Source of the DNA: Flaccisagitta enflata
Lineage: Eukaryota
Direction: 5' to 3'
Length of the DNA stretch: 64,000 nt
Assembly (NCBI GenBank): GCA_965153355.1
Contig: OZ231126.1
Coordinates: 14,756,001 to 14,820,000 of the forward strand
The translations under genes and the position numbers were made by a program. Below the pieces are notes generated by a model. The model was given only the letters and a program-made list of their open reading frames with translations, made no database searches and had not been told where the DNA came from. Below are positions 13,889-32,263 of the stretch, piece after piece. Position 1 is the first letter of the stretch. Each line of letters starts with the position of its first letter.

Positions 13889-14869
13889 GGATCCGGAGCA
13901 CTGTGTAGGTGAATTGGTGGTGATTAGGGGGTGATAGGGGGGTGATGGGTACTTATTTTTCATGGTGGTGGGATCCGGAGCACTGTGTAGGTGAATTGGT
14001 GGTGATTAGGGGGTGATAGGGGGGTGACGGGTACTTATTTTTCATGGTGGTGGGATCCGGAGCACTGTGTAGGTGAATTGGTGGTGATTAGGGGGTGATA
14101 GGGGGGTGACGGGTACTTATTTTTCATGGTGGTGGGATCCGGAGCACTGTGTAGGTGAATTGGTGGTGATTAGGTGGTGATAGGGGGGTGACGGGTACTT
14201 ATTTTTCATGGTGGTGGGATCCGGAGCACTGTGTAGGTGAATTGGTGGTGATTAGGGGGTGATAGGGGGGTGACGGGTACTTATTTTTCATGGTGGTGGG
14301 ATCCGGAGCACTGTGTAGGTGAATTGGTGGTGATTAGGTGGTGATAGGGGTGATGGGTACTTATTTTTCATGGTGGTGGGATCCGGAGCACTGTGTAGGT
14401 GAATTGGTGATTAGGGTGATAGGGGGTGATGGGTACTTATTTTTTGGTGGTGGGATCCAAGCACTGTGTAGGTGAATTGGTGGTGATTAGGGGGTGATAG
14501 GGGGTGATGGGTTCTTATTTTCATGGGTGGGATCCGGAGCACTGTGTAGGTGAATTGGTGGTGATTAGGGTGATAGGGGTGATGGGTACTTATTTTCATG
14601 GTGGTGGGATCCGGAGCACTGTGTAGGTGAATTGGTGGTGATTAGGGGGTGATAGGGGGGTGACGGGTACTTATTTTTCATGGTGGTGGGATCCGGAGCA
14701 CTGTGTAGGTGAATTGGTGGTGATTAGGGGGTGATAGGGGGGTGATGGGTACTTATTTTTCATGGTGGTGGGATCCGGAGCACTGTGTAGGTGAATTGGT
14801 GGTGATTAGGGGGTGATAGGGGGGTGATGGGTACTAATTTTTCATGGTGGTGGGATCCGGAGCACTGTG
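13889..14869. repeat. 82-bp G-rich minisatellite, about 12 copies
   Basis: Unit GGATCCGGAGCACTGTGTAGGTGAATTGGTGGTGATTAGGGGGTGATAGGGGGGTGACGGGTACTTATTTTTCATGGTGGTG; copies start at 13889, 13971, 14053 and so on, some with small deletions. Confidence 0.97.
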
Positions 14870-16130
14870 CTACGACAATATAGTTACCCTGAGTTGCCTT
14901 TTCAATGATGGACATGACTGAAAATTGAAATACACTCTCCTCTTATAAGAACCTAGTTTATAAGAACATCAAGTCTTTGAATGGCCCCGAAAATTAACAT
15001 CTCAAGAATCTTTGAAGGCTTTAAATTACAAAACTGTTTGACTGTTTGACTGTTTGTCTACTAGGGAGACTGAAAGTATGCTCAAATTTGAATCTGGTCT
15101 TCCTCGCGGGAGAAATTTGACAAAATCCATTACTGATGATAACCCTAAAATCTGGTGGCGATCCAATAAAGATTGCTCATGACCGCACCCCCCCCCCCTC
15201 ATTTCAGAAGTGGTGGTGGTTGTAGCATTATTATCAAGATAATCTTACTTCTAAAGCTCGTATCTCCTAAACGAATTGAGCAATTGAGCTCAAATAGGGC
15301 TCGTTTTAAAGATCAGACCAAGCTTTTTAAAATGAGCTCAAGATGAGGTCATTAGCTCAATTCGTTTAGGAGCAACAGTCTTCCAAAGTTGATGTTATTT
15401 TCAGAAAAATGGCAAAAACCCTTGCAACTTCTACAGCTCCTCAATGAATTGAGCAGTTGAGCTCAACTTGGGCTCATTTGAAGGAGCAGAGAGACTTTAG
15501 GACAGAAAATGGCGTGGGAAAAAAAATACCCTAATAAAATTGCAGCGCTTGTAAACATCTTTGGTGAGGATGGCAACATGACAAAAATACCAAAAGTAGC
15601 GTCATCAGCTTCCTAGATTGAAGATCTGTAGTCATTAGAGAGAATAGAAATCTGTTTACTTGTTTCTGGCTGTCTTTGTCCGCTTCTGTTTCTTCTGTCT
15701 GTCTTTCAGTCAGTCCATCTGTCTGTCTGTCACTAACGATCCTTATATGTCCTTCTGTCCATCTTTCAGTCTGTCTTGGTCTGTCTCTCACTGTCTCAGT
15801 TCTTCGGTCTCTCTACATGTTTGTCTGTTGTGTCTGCCTTTCCGTCTTTCTCCTTCTGTTTTTCCCTGTCTGTCTGTCTATCTTTTCCTCTCAGTCTTTC
15901 CCTTTGTCCTTCCCTCTCTGTGTCTCTGTGTCTCTGTCTCTCAAGTATTGGACTTATTGATCGATTTGAAATGAGTAATTTTGATTTTGATTTCATCCTC
16001 AAAAAGATTGTGTTCTTTTTCTCTATTTCTCGATGGACGACAGCGCTCCCTCTCGAAATGAATGGCTAACATTTTCCTTCTATCATGGAAACAAATGAAC
16101 ATTGAAAGATCTAAGCAGATGTATGCGTAT

Positions 16131-16468
16131 TAGAGGTGGGGAAAATGCACTTTAGTCAACAGATCAAGTTGCAGGTGAAGGAAATGTCATAATATGATAA
16201 GAATAGGTAGTATGCCAAGTTTCAGGGCCTTTGGAACAGTTTTAGCCTAGCCCTCCACCCCCCTCCTGCCCCATTATAAAAGATAGGAAACTTTTGAGGC
16301 CAAAATCATTCCTATACATTTTCTATGGGAAATCAGGGGGGTGGAGGGCTAGGCTGAAACTCTTCCAAAGGCCCTGAAACTTGGCATACTATCTATTCTT
16401 ATCATATAATGACATTTCCTTCACCTGCAACTTTATCTGTTGACTAAGGTGCATTTCCCCCACCTCTA
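16131..16468. mobile_element. hAT-type MITE with ~135-bp TIRs and 8-bp TSD
   Basis: ATGCGTAT|TAGAGGTGGGGAAA...TTTCCCCCACCTCTA|ATGCGTAT, a perfect 8-bp duplication at 16123-16130 and 16469-16476. Confidence 0.92.
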
Positions 16469-17430
16469 ATGCGTATTCATAATTGTTCCGATAACCTATT
16501 GGGTGAGGACATAAAAACCGGTTGGGTTAGGATATAAAAACCAATTTGTTAAATCGTAAACTAATCAAGTTCGATAATGCGAGAGTTGCTTCCATGATTT
16601 GTGGGATTTCCTTATAAAATGAAAAATGAAGGCTACAATGATGTACCTAGTAGGCGGCGTTATTATCAACCGCTTCTGTATCCTTGTTGGACGACTCATG
16701 AGAAATCAAGTTGTCCAGTTACCCAATGAATGAAGCCATTACTTTTTAAATTAAGGCTGATTATAACTATAAGGATAGCTGTGATGGGACCAAATTGAAC
16801 TCTATTGAGAGCTTTTGTCCTTTACTGAGTGAGGATTGGGGAATAGTGATATTCGTGTCGTCCAACTTACATATCTAAGTATAGGTGCCGTATGATAGCC
16901 AATGATCAAACTTTTACCATGTCTTTGTCAATTTCGTCTCCTACTTGAAGTAACCAACGGAAACATTTTGCATCACTTATGATCACTTCCCCTACCCAAT
17001 AACCACACTGGCTTCTGCATCACTGCCACTGCCCAGTGCTCACCCGCACGCGATCATAGGCTTTGACAAATCGGGCAATATATTGAAAAAAACAGGGCCG
17101 GATACGCGGCTACCCCAGTCGCGTGTGGCTGGGCAGAAGCGGTGCTGGAGAAAGTCACCAGGTCATCTGGGCAGGAACAGTAAGCTCAAAAAGCTTAAAA
17201 ACGCTGAAAAAGTAAAAATTGGACCGACACGCGACTAAAAATACACGCGGTTAAGTCAGAACATTATGACACCATTGTTTTTCATCTTCTCCTAAGGGGA
17301 AAACAATTGATTTTTTTTTATTAATGAAATATGATTGGCGCTGATAGAACTAGCATAATCGTTATGATCAAAGCGGAGGGCAAGGGGGATTATGTGTGAG
17401 TTGTTAATTCGAGGGAAAATTCTTTAGACG

Positions 17431-23719
<6,289 letters not shown>

Positions 23720-24450
23720 TTTTGCAAGACGAGTGTTCAATGCTGATTCGCGGTTCTCTGTTTTGAAAAGCACGTGAATTTTTTTAAAGAATTGCTCGAA
23801 GATATGCTTGATATTCCTTTGTTCTTAGCTTCGTTGTGCGCTATGTTTGAATTGTCTCTGCAAAGCCATTTATTCGACACCGAGCCTTTTTTCGGTCAAA
23901 ATAATGTTATGAGGGCGATTTCGCGAATATCGATAAACTTAAATCCAGATACAAGTTAATTGACTCACACTTCGTTTTGAAAAATCTCCGATCTGGCTAA
24001 GCTGCGGGAGAAAGACTAGAGGAGTACAAAACAAGGCCAACACCTCTAAGTCGCGCGCGGTCGTCAAGACTAAAAGACAAAAAGTCCAAATGTAAAATGA
24101 CTTAAATGACTCGAAACGACGTAAAAGGGCGAAAAAAAGTTAACGCGGACGGACCGACCGACCGACATAGCGGGTCATAGAGTCGCGAAGCACGCGACTA
24201 AAAACCGAGCGTTTTAGATGCCTAATCACGGCCATGATTTGTTCGGTCGGTGACAATTGATGAGTCGCCACTATCGTTTGCCCAAAAGTTAAATGTAAGG
24301 CCAAATAACATCTTTGAATCGCGGACTTATGCTCATTGTTTCTCACTCTCTTATTGTCAGAGGATGATAAAACTGAATACCCATAAACCAAAACAAACAA
24401 ACACTACCTCTCGCTCTGAAAATTCTCAATCTGTTGTGATTTAAACAAAC

Positions 24451-26238
24451 ATGGGGACGGATCCACCCTCATCCTCTCCCTCTCTTGCTCCCACTTCCAC
24501 TTCTCCCTCTTCCTCCTCCTCCTCATCATCACTTCCCCGCGTTCGCCTCCGTCGTCTGCGGGAGAGTGACGGCGAAGAACTCCGTCGATTATTCACCGAC
24601 GACGTCTTCACTTTCACCGATTGGGCGCTTCCGGTCCTCCAACACCACGTCATCTTCCTCGAACCCTGGACGCCTTTGCTCTTCCTCCTCCTCTTCCTCT
24701 TCCTCGGCGTCTTCGTCGTCGGCACGTGGAGAATGGCGGCGTTGCTCGTTGCAGCTTACATACTTTTGATTTGGGTTCAAGCGCTTTGTTGTTTTCTCTT
24801 TGAAGAGAATTTGATGGGCAATCAGCCGGAAATTATGCTGATGACGGGACATTTGTGGAATCAAAGAGGACCAAGAAACGCGTTCTGGGTCGCCGTTGTG
24901 GGGGATGAGGAGGAGGAGGAGGAAGAGGAGGGGGAGAGAAACGGAGAAAAAGGGGAAGAAACTAATGTCAACAAAGAAGGAAAGTTAGAGCTGGTGGAGG
25001 AGACGGAGGAACAATCGAAAATGAATGAAGAAAAGCAAGAACAATCAGGAGAGGAAGAGGAAGAAGAAGATGAGAGAAGAGGACAGAGAATCGTCGGCGC
25101 CATCGCCATACTAGAGACGCCAAAGAACAAAAACGAGGTGTGAACTATTCATGGCTAAGGGCGTGTTTCTAGTGAGCGCCGAAAACGCGTTTGTTCCCGT
25201 GAAACGCGATAACAGTGTGAACACTTTTTCAAGAATTTTAACTGTCCCACGAGGGAGTGAGCGTAGTGAGTGAGCGAGCCAGTGAGCGAGCCCGTGAGCG
25301 GAGTGAGCGGTGCGAGCGAACGAACGTAGCGAGCGACCGAGTGGCCCTTTCAAAACGCGATCGTCTTTGACTAGAAACGCCTCCTAAATCAGAATATCAG
25401 TCAGATGGTGGATTCTTTTGTGCTTTCTCAACTGATTCGCCATGTGAATTTTTGTCGATTTGGTGCACAATTCGTTTCAAGCTAGATGTTGTATCTTGAA
25501 AAAGAAAAATGTTATCATCCCTACGGCCTCCTCTACTTTCGTTATGTAGGCTAGTCTTTCCCGCATGGCTGTTTCGCGTAATTTCCGCCGTCGAGGTGTC
25601 GCCAAAATACTCATGGCGAAAGCGTTGGACTTTTGTCAGCGACAAAAATTCTCAAGCGTCATCCTCGACTCCTGTGACATACAAGTAAACTAGATATCCA
25701 AAATACAGTGAAGGGTTACCAAGTTGTTTTTGTTTTTGTTTTTGTTTGTTTGTTTGTTTTTGTTTGTTTTTGTTTGTTTTTGTTTGTTTTTGTTTGTTTT
25801 TGTTTGTTTTTGTTTGTTTTTGTTTGTTTTTGTTTGTTTTTGTTTGTTTTTGTTTGTTTTTGTTTGTTTTTTTGTTTTTTAGCTAGTTATGGTTTACTAT
25901 CCTTGCCAAGGCTAAGATGGCGTGACTTCGTTAGGCTTGTTAGCGTCTGTGTGTCTGTTCAACTACACGATAGTCCATTGAGTCCATTCTTTTTGATAAG
26001 ATTTCAAGCGACTGATGCCGAATATCTTCTTTTACTTTTACAGTTCGCCGCTCATCGTCTTTACGAAGCTCATGGCTTCAACTTCTTTTTCCAAGAGCCA
26101 AAATGGACAACCAAAGTGTGGTTCCTCCCGTATCACGTCTACCGTTACCGTAAAAGGTTCAACCAGGACAAGAATCATAACGAACTTGAAGGGATGATCG
26201 ATAAAGATACAAAAGACGCTTGGAAGAAAGACGCATGA
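24451..26238 (+). CDS. NAT8/Camello-like GNAT N-acetyltransferase, 3 exons (24451-25137, 25550-25684, 26044-26238), about 338 aa
   Basis: N-terminal RLRRLRESDGEELRRLF, a hydrophobic membrane segment, FWVAV...IVGAIAI, GNAT motif A RMAVSRNFRRRGVAKILM and motif B Q|FAAHRLYEAHGF; phase-0 GT-AG introns. Confidence 0.9.
25159..25384. mobile_element. PIF/Harbinger (Tourist-like) MITE in NAT8-like intron 1
   Basis: TAA|GGGCGTGTTTCTAGT...ACTAGAAACGCCTCC|TAA, imperfect TIR, internal GTGAGCGAGC repeats. Confidence 0.7.
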
Positions 26239-26743
26239 AGCGTAGATGCTGCTGTTTTTTACGGATCGTTATATTACAGGGCACATTGTCATTGCATTGT
26301 CGTCATTTATGATAAACCCAATATACAACAGAGAAAGTTATGTAGTGACCTAGTTTGTCCCTATGATTTTTGTTTCAGTCCGTTGCATTAGTCTGGAAGA
26401 GGATAGTGCTCGTGCCTAATTTTTCTCCGCCGGTACTATTCTCGTCATGTATACTCATATACGGCCTTGCTCAACTGATTGAATCTTATTACAGCATATT
26501 TTTTCTCAAATGTGCTAAAGATGACAGCGTAACTCGAGAACCAACAAATATTTCTTAAATTTTTTTTTCTAAAAATGAGTCTGTCACTTATTCGATAATC
26601 TCATATTCTCATTTACAGACTGTTCTTACCGCTTGGTTTTAAAAGAGCTCTATTTAAAAAATTAATTTCCTGATCTGAATTCTGGGCCATCAAAAAATAT
26701 GCCACTCTTGTGTCATTCCGAATGTATTTGTTCATCATGTTAA

Positions 26744-26932
26744 AAGTGCTTTCACCCTCAAGGAAAAAACATGATAATCATGTTTCTCCAATGAATAGGG
26801 GTTTTCGCATTGGGAAAGTTATCGAGATATTACATAGGGAATATCTAGATAATATCTAGATAATGAGCCCAATGCGAAAACCCCTAATAAAACCTTATTA
26901 TCAGGATTTCTTCCTTGAGCGTGAAAGCACTG
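26744..26932. mobile_element. Small MITE containing a nested 89-bp MITE (26797-26885)
   Basis: Outer AGTGCTTTCAC.CTCAAGGAA...TTCCTTGAG.GTGAAAGCACT; inner AAT|AGGGGTTTTCGCATTGGG...CCCAATGCGAAAACCCCT|AAT. Confidence 0.75.
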
Positions 26933-27480
26933 TAAGTCAATAGAATCGAGTTAATTGGGCCAAAAAGATATTTTGATTAAGTAGTAAGCAAACACAAACA
27001 CAAACACAAAGATATTTGATAAAGTAGTAAGCAAACACAAACACAAAGATATTTTGATGAAGTAGTAAGCAAACACAAATATTCAGAGCTCACAACTTAT
27101 CGGGGTTTGTCCTCGAGGGACATAACTTGTGTCCTAGAACGAAGAGACGAGTCCCGACTCAGTTCTTCCAGTGATCGAGGCAACGCCCTTTTAAAAGTTT
27201 TATAATTTCAGCCCTTTTAGTTAGGATAAATATGCGGGTGTCTCTGCGAGCATAAAACTCAGCTCGACAAAATTAGGTCTTCATTGTTTGCGTAATTCAT
27301 TCACGATTCGTCACGGCATGTATATCACAATGAATGAAGTCATGCGATGTGACTTCTTAATGACGCATCCGCGGACGTAAACATTGTGCCTCTGACGATA
27401 TTTGTGACTTTTAACTTTTAAAAGAAGTGGGTCTTTCACCTCTACCTGGGGACCTGCACCCTCCCCACTGAGAGAAAACA

Positions 27481-27586
27481 ATGGAGGAGCGCCTTTCTTC
27501 TGCTGGACAATTTGAAGCTGAGGTTGAAGAAGTGCACCAACAACACGAACAGCAGCAACGCCACCATAAACAACAACATCAACAAG

Positions 27587-27684
<98 letters not shown>

Positions 27685-30600
27685 GATGATGAATCCTATG
27701 GCAGAGACGAGTTGATCCACGTTAGCTCCATGCCACTCGATAAAGAAACGTTCGATCAGCCTTCCAATGAACAGGTTTGTGAATTGTACTATCTAGCTCA
27801 TGGACGCTTGGACACCTAAAAACAAGGCCAAGTAGGTCAATAAGGTGCGACGTGTAGATCGTCAAACGAATGCGTTATCGACCGATCGACCGACCGACCA
27901 ACCAACCAACCAACGGACAGAGCCAGTTATAGAGGTGCTTTGTCGCACCAAAAAAAAAAAAAAATTTCGCATGTCAAGAAATAGTAGTATCAACTGATTT
28001 TGATAAACATCTAGAATGGGAGAACAGTGCATATTTCCCATGTTTTCATCATGCAACACTTACAAAGACGGATGAATGATTGTGAATGAGATATAGTTTA
28101 AAAAGATCTATGAAAACTATATCTAATTGTCTTTTTTTTTTTTTTGACATTTCTTGTATTGCGTGCTCGAACTGATCAAAATTCTGTCATAGAGAGACGA
28201 CATGTAAAATACAAACTACTTCACCCGGGAAGCTGAAATTTTTATACAAGGCCAAGTAGGCCAATAAGGTGCGCCGTATGGATCGTCGAACGAATGCGTT
28301 ACCGACCAACTGACGGACCGACCGACAGACAGAGCCAGTTGTAGAGTTGCGTTGGCGCACCTAAAAAGCGTCAATCTTCACTCGGTGAAAATCAGTTTAT
28401 CCCAAATCCCAATTTTAAAACAAAGCACAGGGCAACAGCCCCTATGGGGCCGCTGCCCCTCTAACCACCACACACCCACATACACTCACTTTGGGGAAAC
28501 GGGTACCGCTGACCATCTAACGCTTTTGCGACTTTTTTTAGATGCGCCCGTCAGGAACGCATCTCAATAAGAGGGTCCGTCCGTCGGTCCGTCGGTCCGT
28601 CGGTCCGTCCGTCCGTCGGTCCGTCCGTCCGTCCGTCCGTAACGCCTGTGCGAAAACCGCGTTTCTCGACTGATTTAGGCCACGATGAGATCCCGTACTG
28701 AATCTAATGATCAACAACGTGTTTTGAGAGCCTCATGCACTATTCTGTCGCTTCATCTGTCTGTCCATCTTTATCTCCATATATGTCACGTATTTAGTCA
28801 ATACACGCAGAGACACAGTCCGGACGCATCGTTGCCCGGTCGGGCTTGTTTTTTACATCACAAGATAAAGTGTGATAAGACTTTCTTTTTGATGATCCTG
28901 GAATTTTTTAACCGCCTTTCATCCCCCTTTCCTCCAAATACTTCTCCTGTTCTTCCTCCACAGGATGTTGATGAATTCGAACAAAGCAGCATCTTAATTG
29001 CAGATCCAGCAACACAAACAGTTCTATATACAAATTCAGCATCATCAGCAGATGGGGTTTCGACCGTAGATCCTTATTTAGCAGCAGTTCCAAAATCAGA
29101 GTCAGCAGCAGTACCTTACCCAGCATTAGATTCCATTGTGACAGTAGATGCTGTCTTGGCAGCAGATTCAGTTAACACAGTAGATAAAGCTTCAGAAATG
29201 TACCCAGCATCAGAAGCAGATACTGTTTTGACAGCAGATCCAGTTTTCCCAATAGCAATGACAGATCAAGCTTTAGAAAACCAAACATTAAAAGCAGTTT
29301 CATGTTCGACAGTAGATTCTGTTTTGGCTGTGGACCCAGTGTTACTAGAAGATCCAGTGTCTACAGAAGTGGATCCTTCTTCGGCAGCACATCCAGCAGA
29401 GTCAATTTCAACAGTAGATCCTATCTCGGTAGCCGATCCAGTATTCACAGCAGATCTAGCTTCAGCGGCATATTCCATATCAACAACAGATTTGGTATTT
29501 ACAGCAGAACCAGTCTCAGTAGTATACAAAGCATCAGTGGCAGATTCAGAGGCATCTACCATTGATCTGGATATGGCAAAAGTCCCAGTGCTAAAAGCAG
29601 ATCCTGCTTCCGCGAGGCCATCTCCAGTATCGAAAGCAGATTTAGGTCTGAAAGATCATTCTGTAATAGAAGCGGCTCCAGCATTGACAGAGTTAGTTTC
29701 AAATCCAGCCCCAATAAAGGCAGAGAGTGAGAGTGAGACTGAAAGTGAGAGTGATACACCCGTGGTAAAAACCTTTCGTCTAGATTTGGATTTCGTCGAG
29801 AGAGCTAGGAACAGTTCATATAGTAAAACCTCCTCTAAATTTGCGCGACCAAGTAGTAGATATGCAGGACGGAACATACAGACATATGCAAAAGGCGCGT
29901 TTTATCTACCTCATAAAGCCGGTTTCACGCGCATCGTCGTCGACGTTGAGCCGGGAGTCGCCGTAGAAATCAAAAGCCTATGCTTCAATAGTAATCCCGT
30001 GGTAGAGCTAGTTGGAGGGGAGAAACTCATCGCCACCACCGAGATTGACCTGGCTATTTCTGGGCTCAAATCTGTCCCGAAGGATATTGAAAATTTGCCA
30101 GTGATAGAGAGGGTGTACATGGGTTGGGGACACGAAATATCTCCTTTCATTTTAAGGCGAATGTTAGATTTAGAAGATGAGCACATGGAGAGGCAGAATA
30201 AGATTTCTAATCTGCCAACTAAGTTCATTAATATCAAGACTTTGAAAGTTTTAGGCCTTGGTCAACTTGACCCTTTCCCAAAAGGAGTTGATAAAATGCA
30301 ACAAATTGAAGAGGTTGACTTGACAGGCAGTAAAATGAAAGAGATGCCTCCGTCCCTTGACAAGCTTAATAGTTTGAAAGTCCTTCGTCTACCCAAAAAT
30401 GAATTAGACTCCATTCCAAGGAGTATTGAAAAGCTCCCAGCTATTGAAACAATCTGTTTGTGGGGAAATAATCTAAGTGAAGTCCCGCCTTGGCTTTTTG
30501 AAATCAACACGTTGAAAGAAGTTCGCCTTAATGAAAACAAAGGTGATTGAGTTTTCGGTCTGCCAGTTTGTCAGTTTGTCCGCAACAGTTTCCTTTTTTG

Positions 30601-32213
30601 GGCTTTTTGGGCAGCGGCCCCAAAGGGGTCGATGACCTATGGGGAACACACATATGGGGAATCTTCTCCTTCAGTGAACCCCCCTTAAATCCCAGCCTGG
30701 AGGCCTAAATTCCAGCAATGAGGCCAAAATCTTAGTCCCCAGGCCAAAATATCAGCCTCCAGGCTTGGATTTGGGCTTTGAGGCAAGGATTTGGGCCTTG
30801 AGGCTGGGATTTGGGCCTTGAGACTGAGATTTGGGCCTCGAGGCTGGAATTTTGGCCTCAAGACTGGGATTTGATGGGGAGTAAGCTGGAGAAGAAAATT
30901 CCCCATATGTGTGAAAGCATAGGTCATCGACCCCTTCGGGGCTGCTGCCCTGCCTCCCCTTCTACTTCAAGCACAACCTACATAAGCAGGGCACGGGTAC
31001 CGCTGGCCATCTAACGCTTTTGCGACTATTATTTTTTGCTTCAGTGCCCCTGCCCAAATTCTATTTTAGTCTTATGGACAGTGGCCAACAAAATAGATAA
31101 TTTCCTTTAAAACACAGCACAAAATTTTGTCCATTTGTCCTCGTCCCCGCATCTTTTCACCCTTAGTTTCCGTTGAGGCCCAAAATCTGCCCACCAAGAT
31201 GTTAATTTAAGGTGCAAGAAGTTAAAAGTCCTGAAAAAACATAATTTGAGGCAATACTACGCAAAACAAAAAAATGACGCATCTCTTTTTTTTTTTAATG
31301 GATAAAAAACAGTAATTTGAACTATATTCAATTGAGTCATTCTTAAAGATTTTCAAAACAAGGCACGGCCACCAAAGTCGCGGGTGGGCAGGGACCATAT
31401 TTGAGGTCATCAGACCATTTGGGCAGGAGCAGTGAGGTCAAAGAAATGAAATCATAAAAAAGTAAAGTGTGACCAACCAACCGACCGACGGACAAAGCGG
31501 GTTGTAGAGTCGCATGCACGCGACTAAAAATTCATTTTAGACCAACCCCAGGTCTGTATCTCAAAGGGTCGAGAAGCTCTGCAAAGAGAACTATTAGAGA
31601 AGCAATATTTTGCTGAAACACATTTTTTTAATGAGGATTTTGAATCTGAAATAGGCAACATTTTTACTCATTTCTAAATGAAAAAAGATAGAAATACAAG
31701 ATTGGCGCCAAAAGTACTTTCAAAGGGCTTTGAAATGATCTAAGATTTTAATTAGTTTTTCTAAAATTGTATGGCCAAATGAGCTTTTTTAAAGTGCGTC
31801 TTTTTATTTGTGGTATTGGGCTGATTTGAGGTCTGGAAGGTGTAATTTAAGGCCTAATCAGGCCTAAGAGGGCCAATATAGGTAACAGACGACTGAACAA
31901 ATCAATGTACCCCTGTGTTCTGCGGGACATGGGCCCTTTTGGGAAACTGCCCTAGAATGGATGGGTGGTAATGTTGACCATTTCTTTAACAGGACTGCAA
32001 ACACTTCCTCCGCTTCCTCAATCATCCCAGCTCAGAAGGCTTTGGGTAGATGATTGTTCCCTGGAATCACTCCCAAACAATTTGTTTGAATTTCAGTTGG
32101 AAGATGTATGTCTCGGTGGAAACAAAGGTATGATGATGATGGTGATGATGATGATGAGGATGGTGATGATGATGATGATGATGATAATGATGATGATGAT
32201 GATGATGATTAGT

Positions 32214-32263
<50 letters not shown>

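Noticed and set aside
28685-28963. N-terminal part of the 621-aa ORF as the true start of the LRR protein
   Set aside because: Lies in a HINE element and polypyrimidine tract; a good acceptor at 28963 joins in phase to the polyQ exon.
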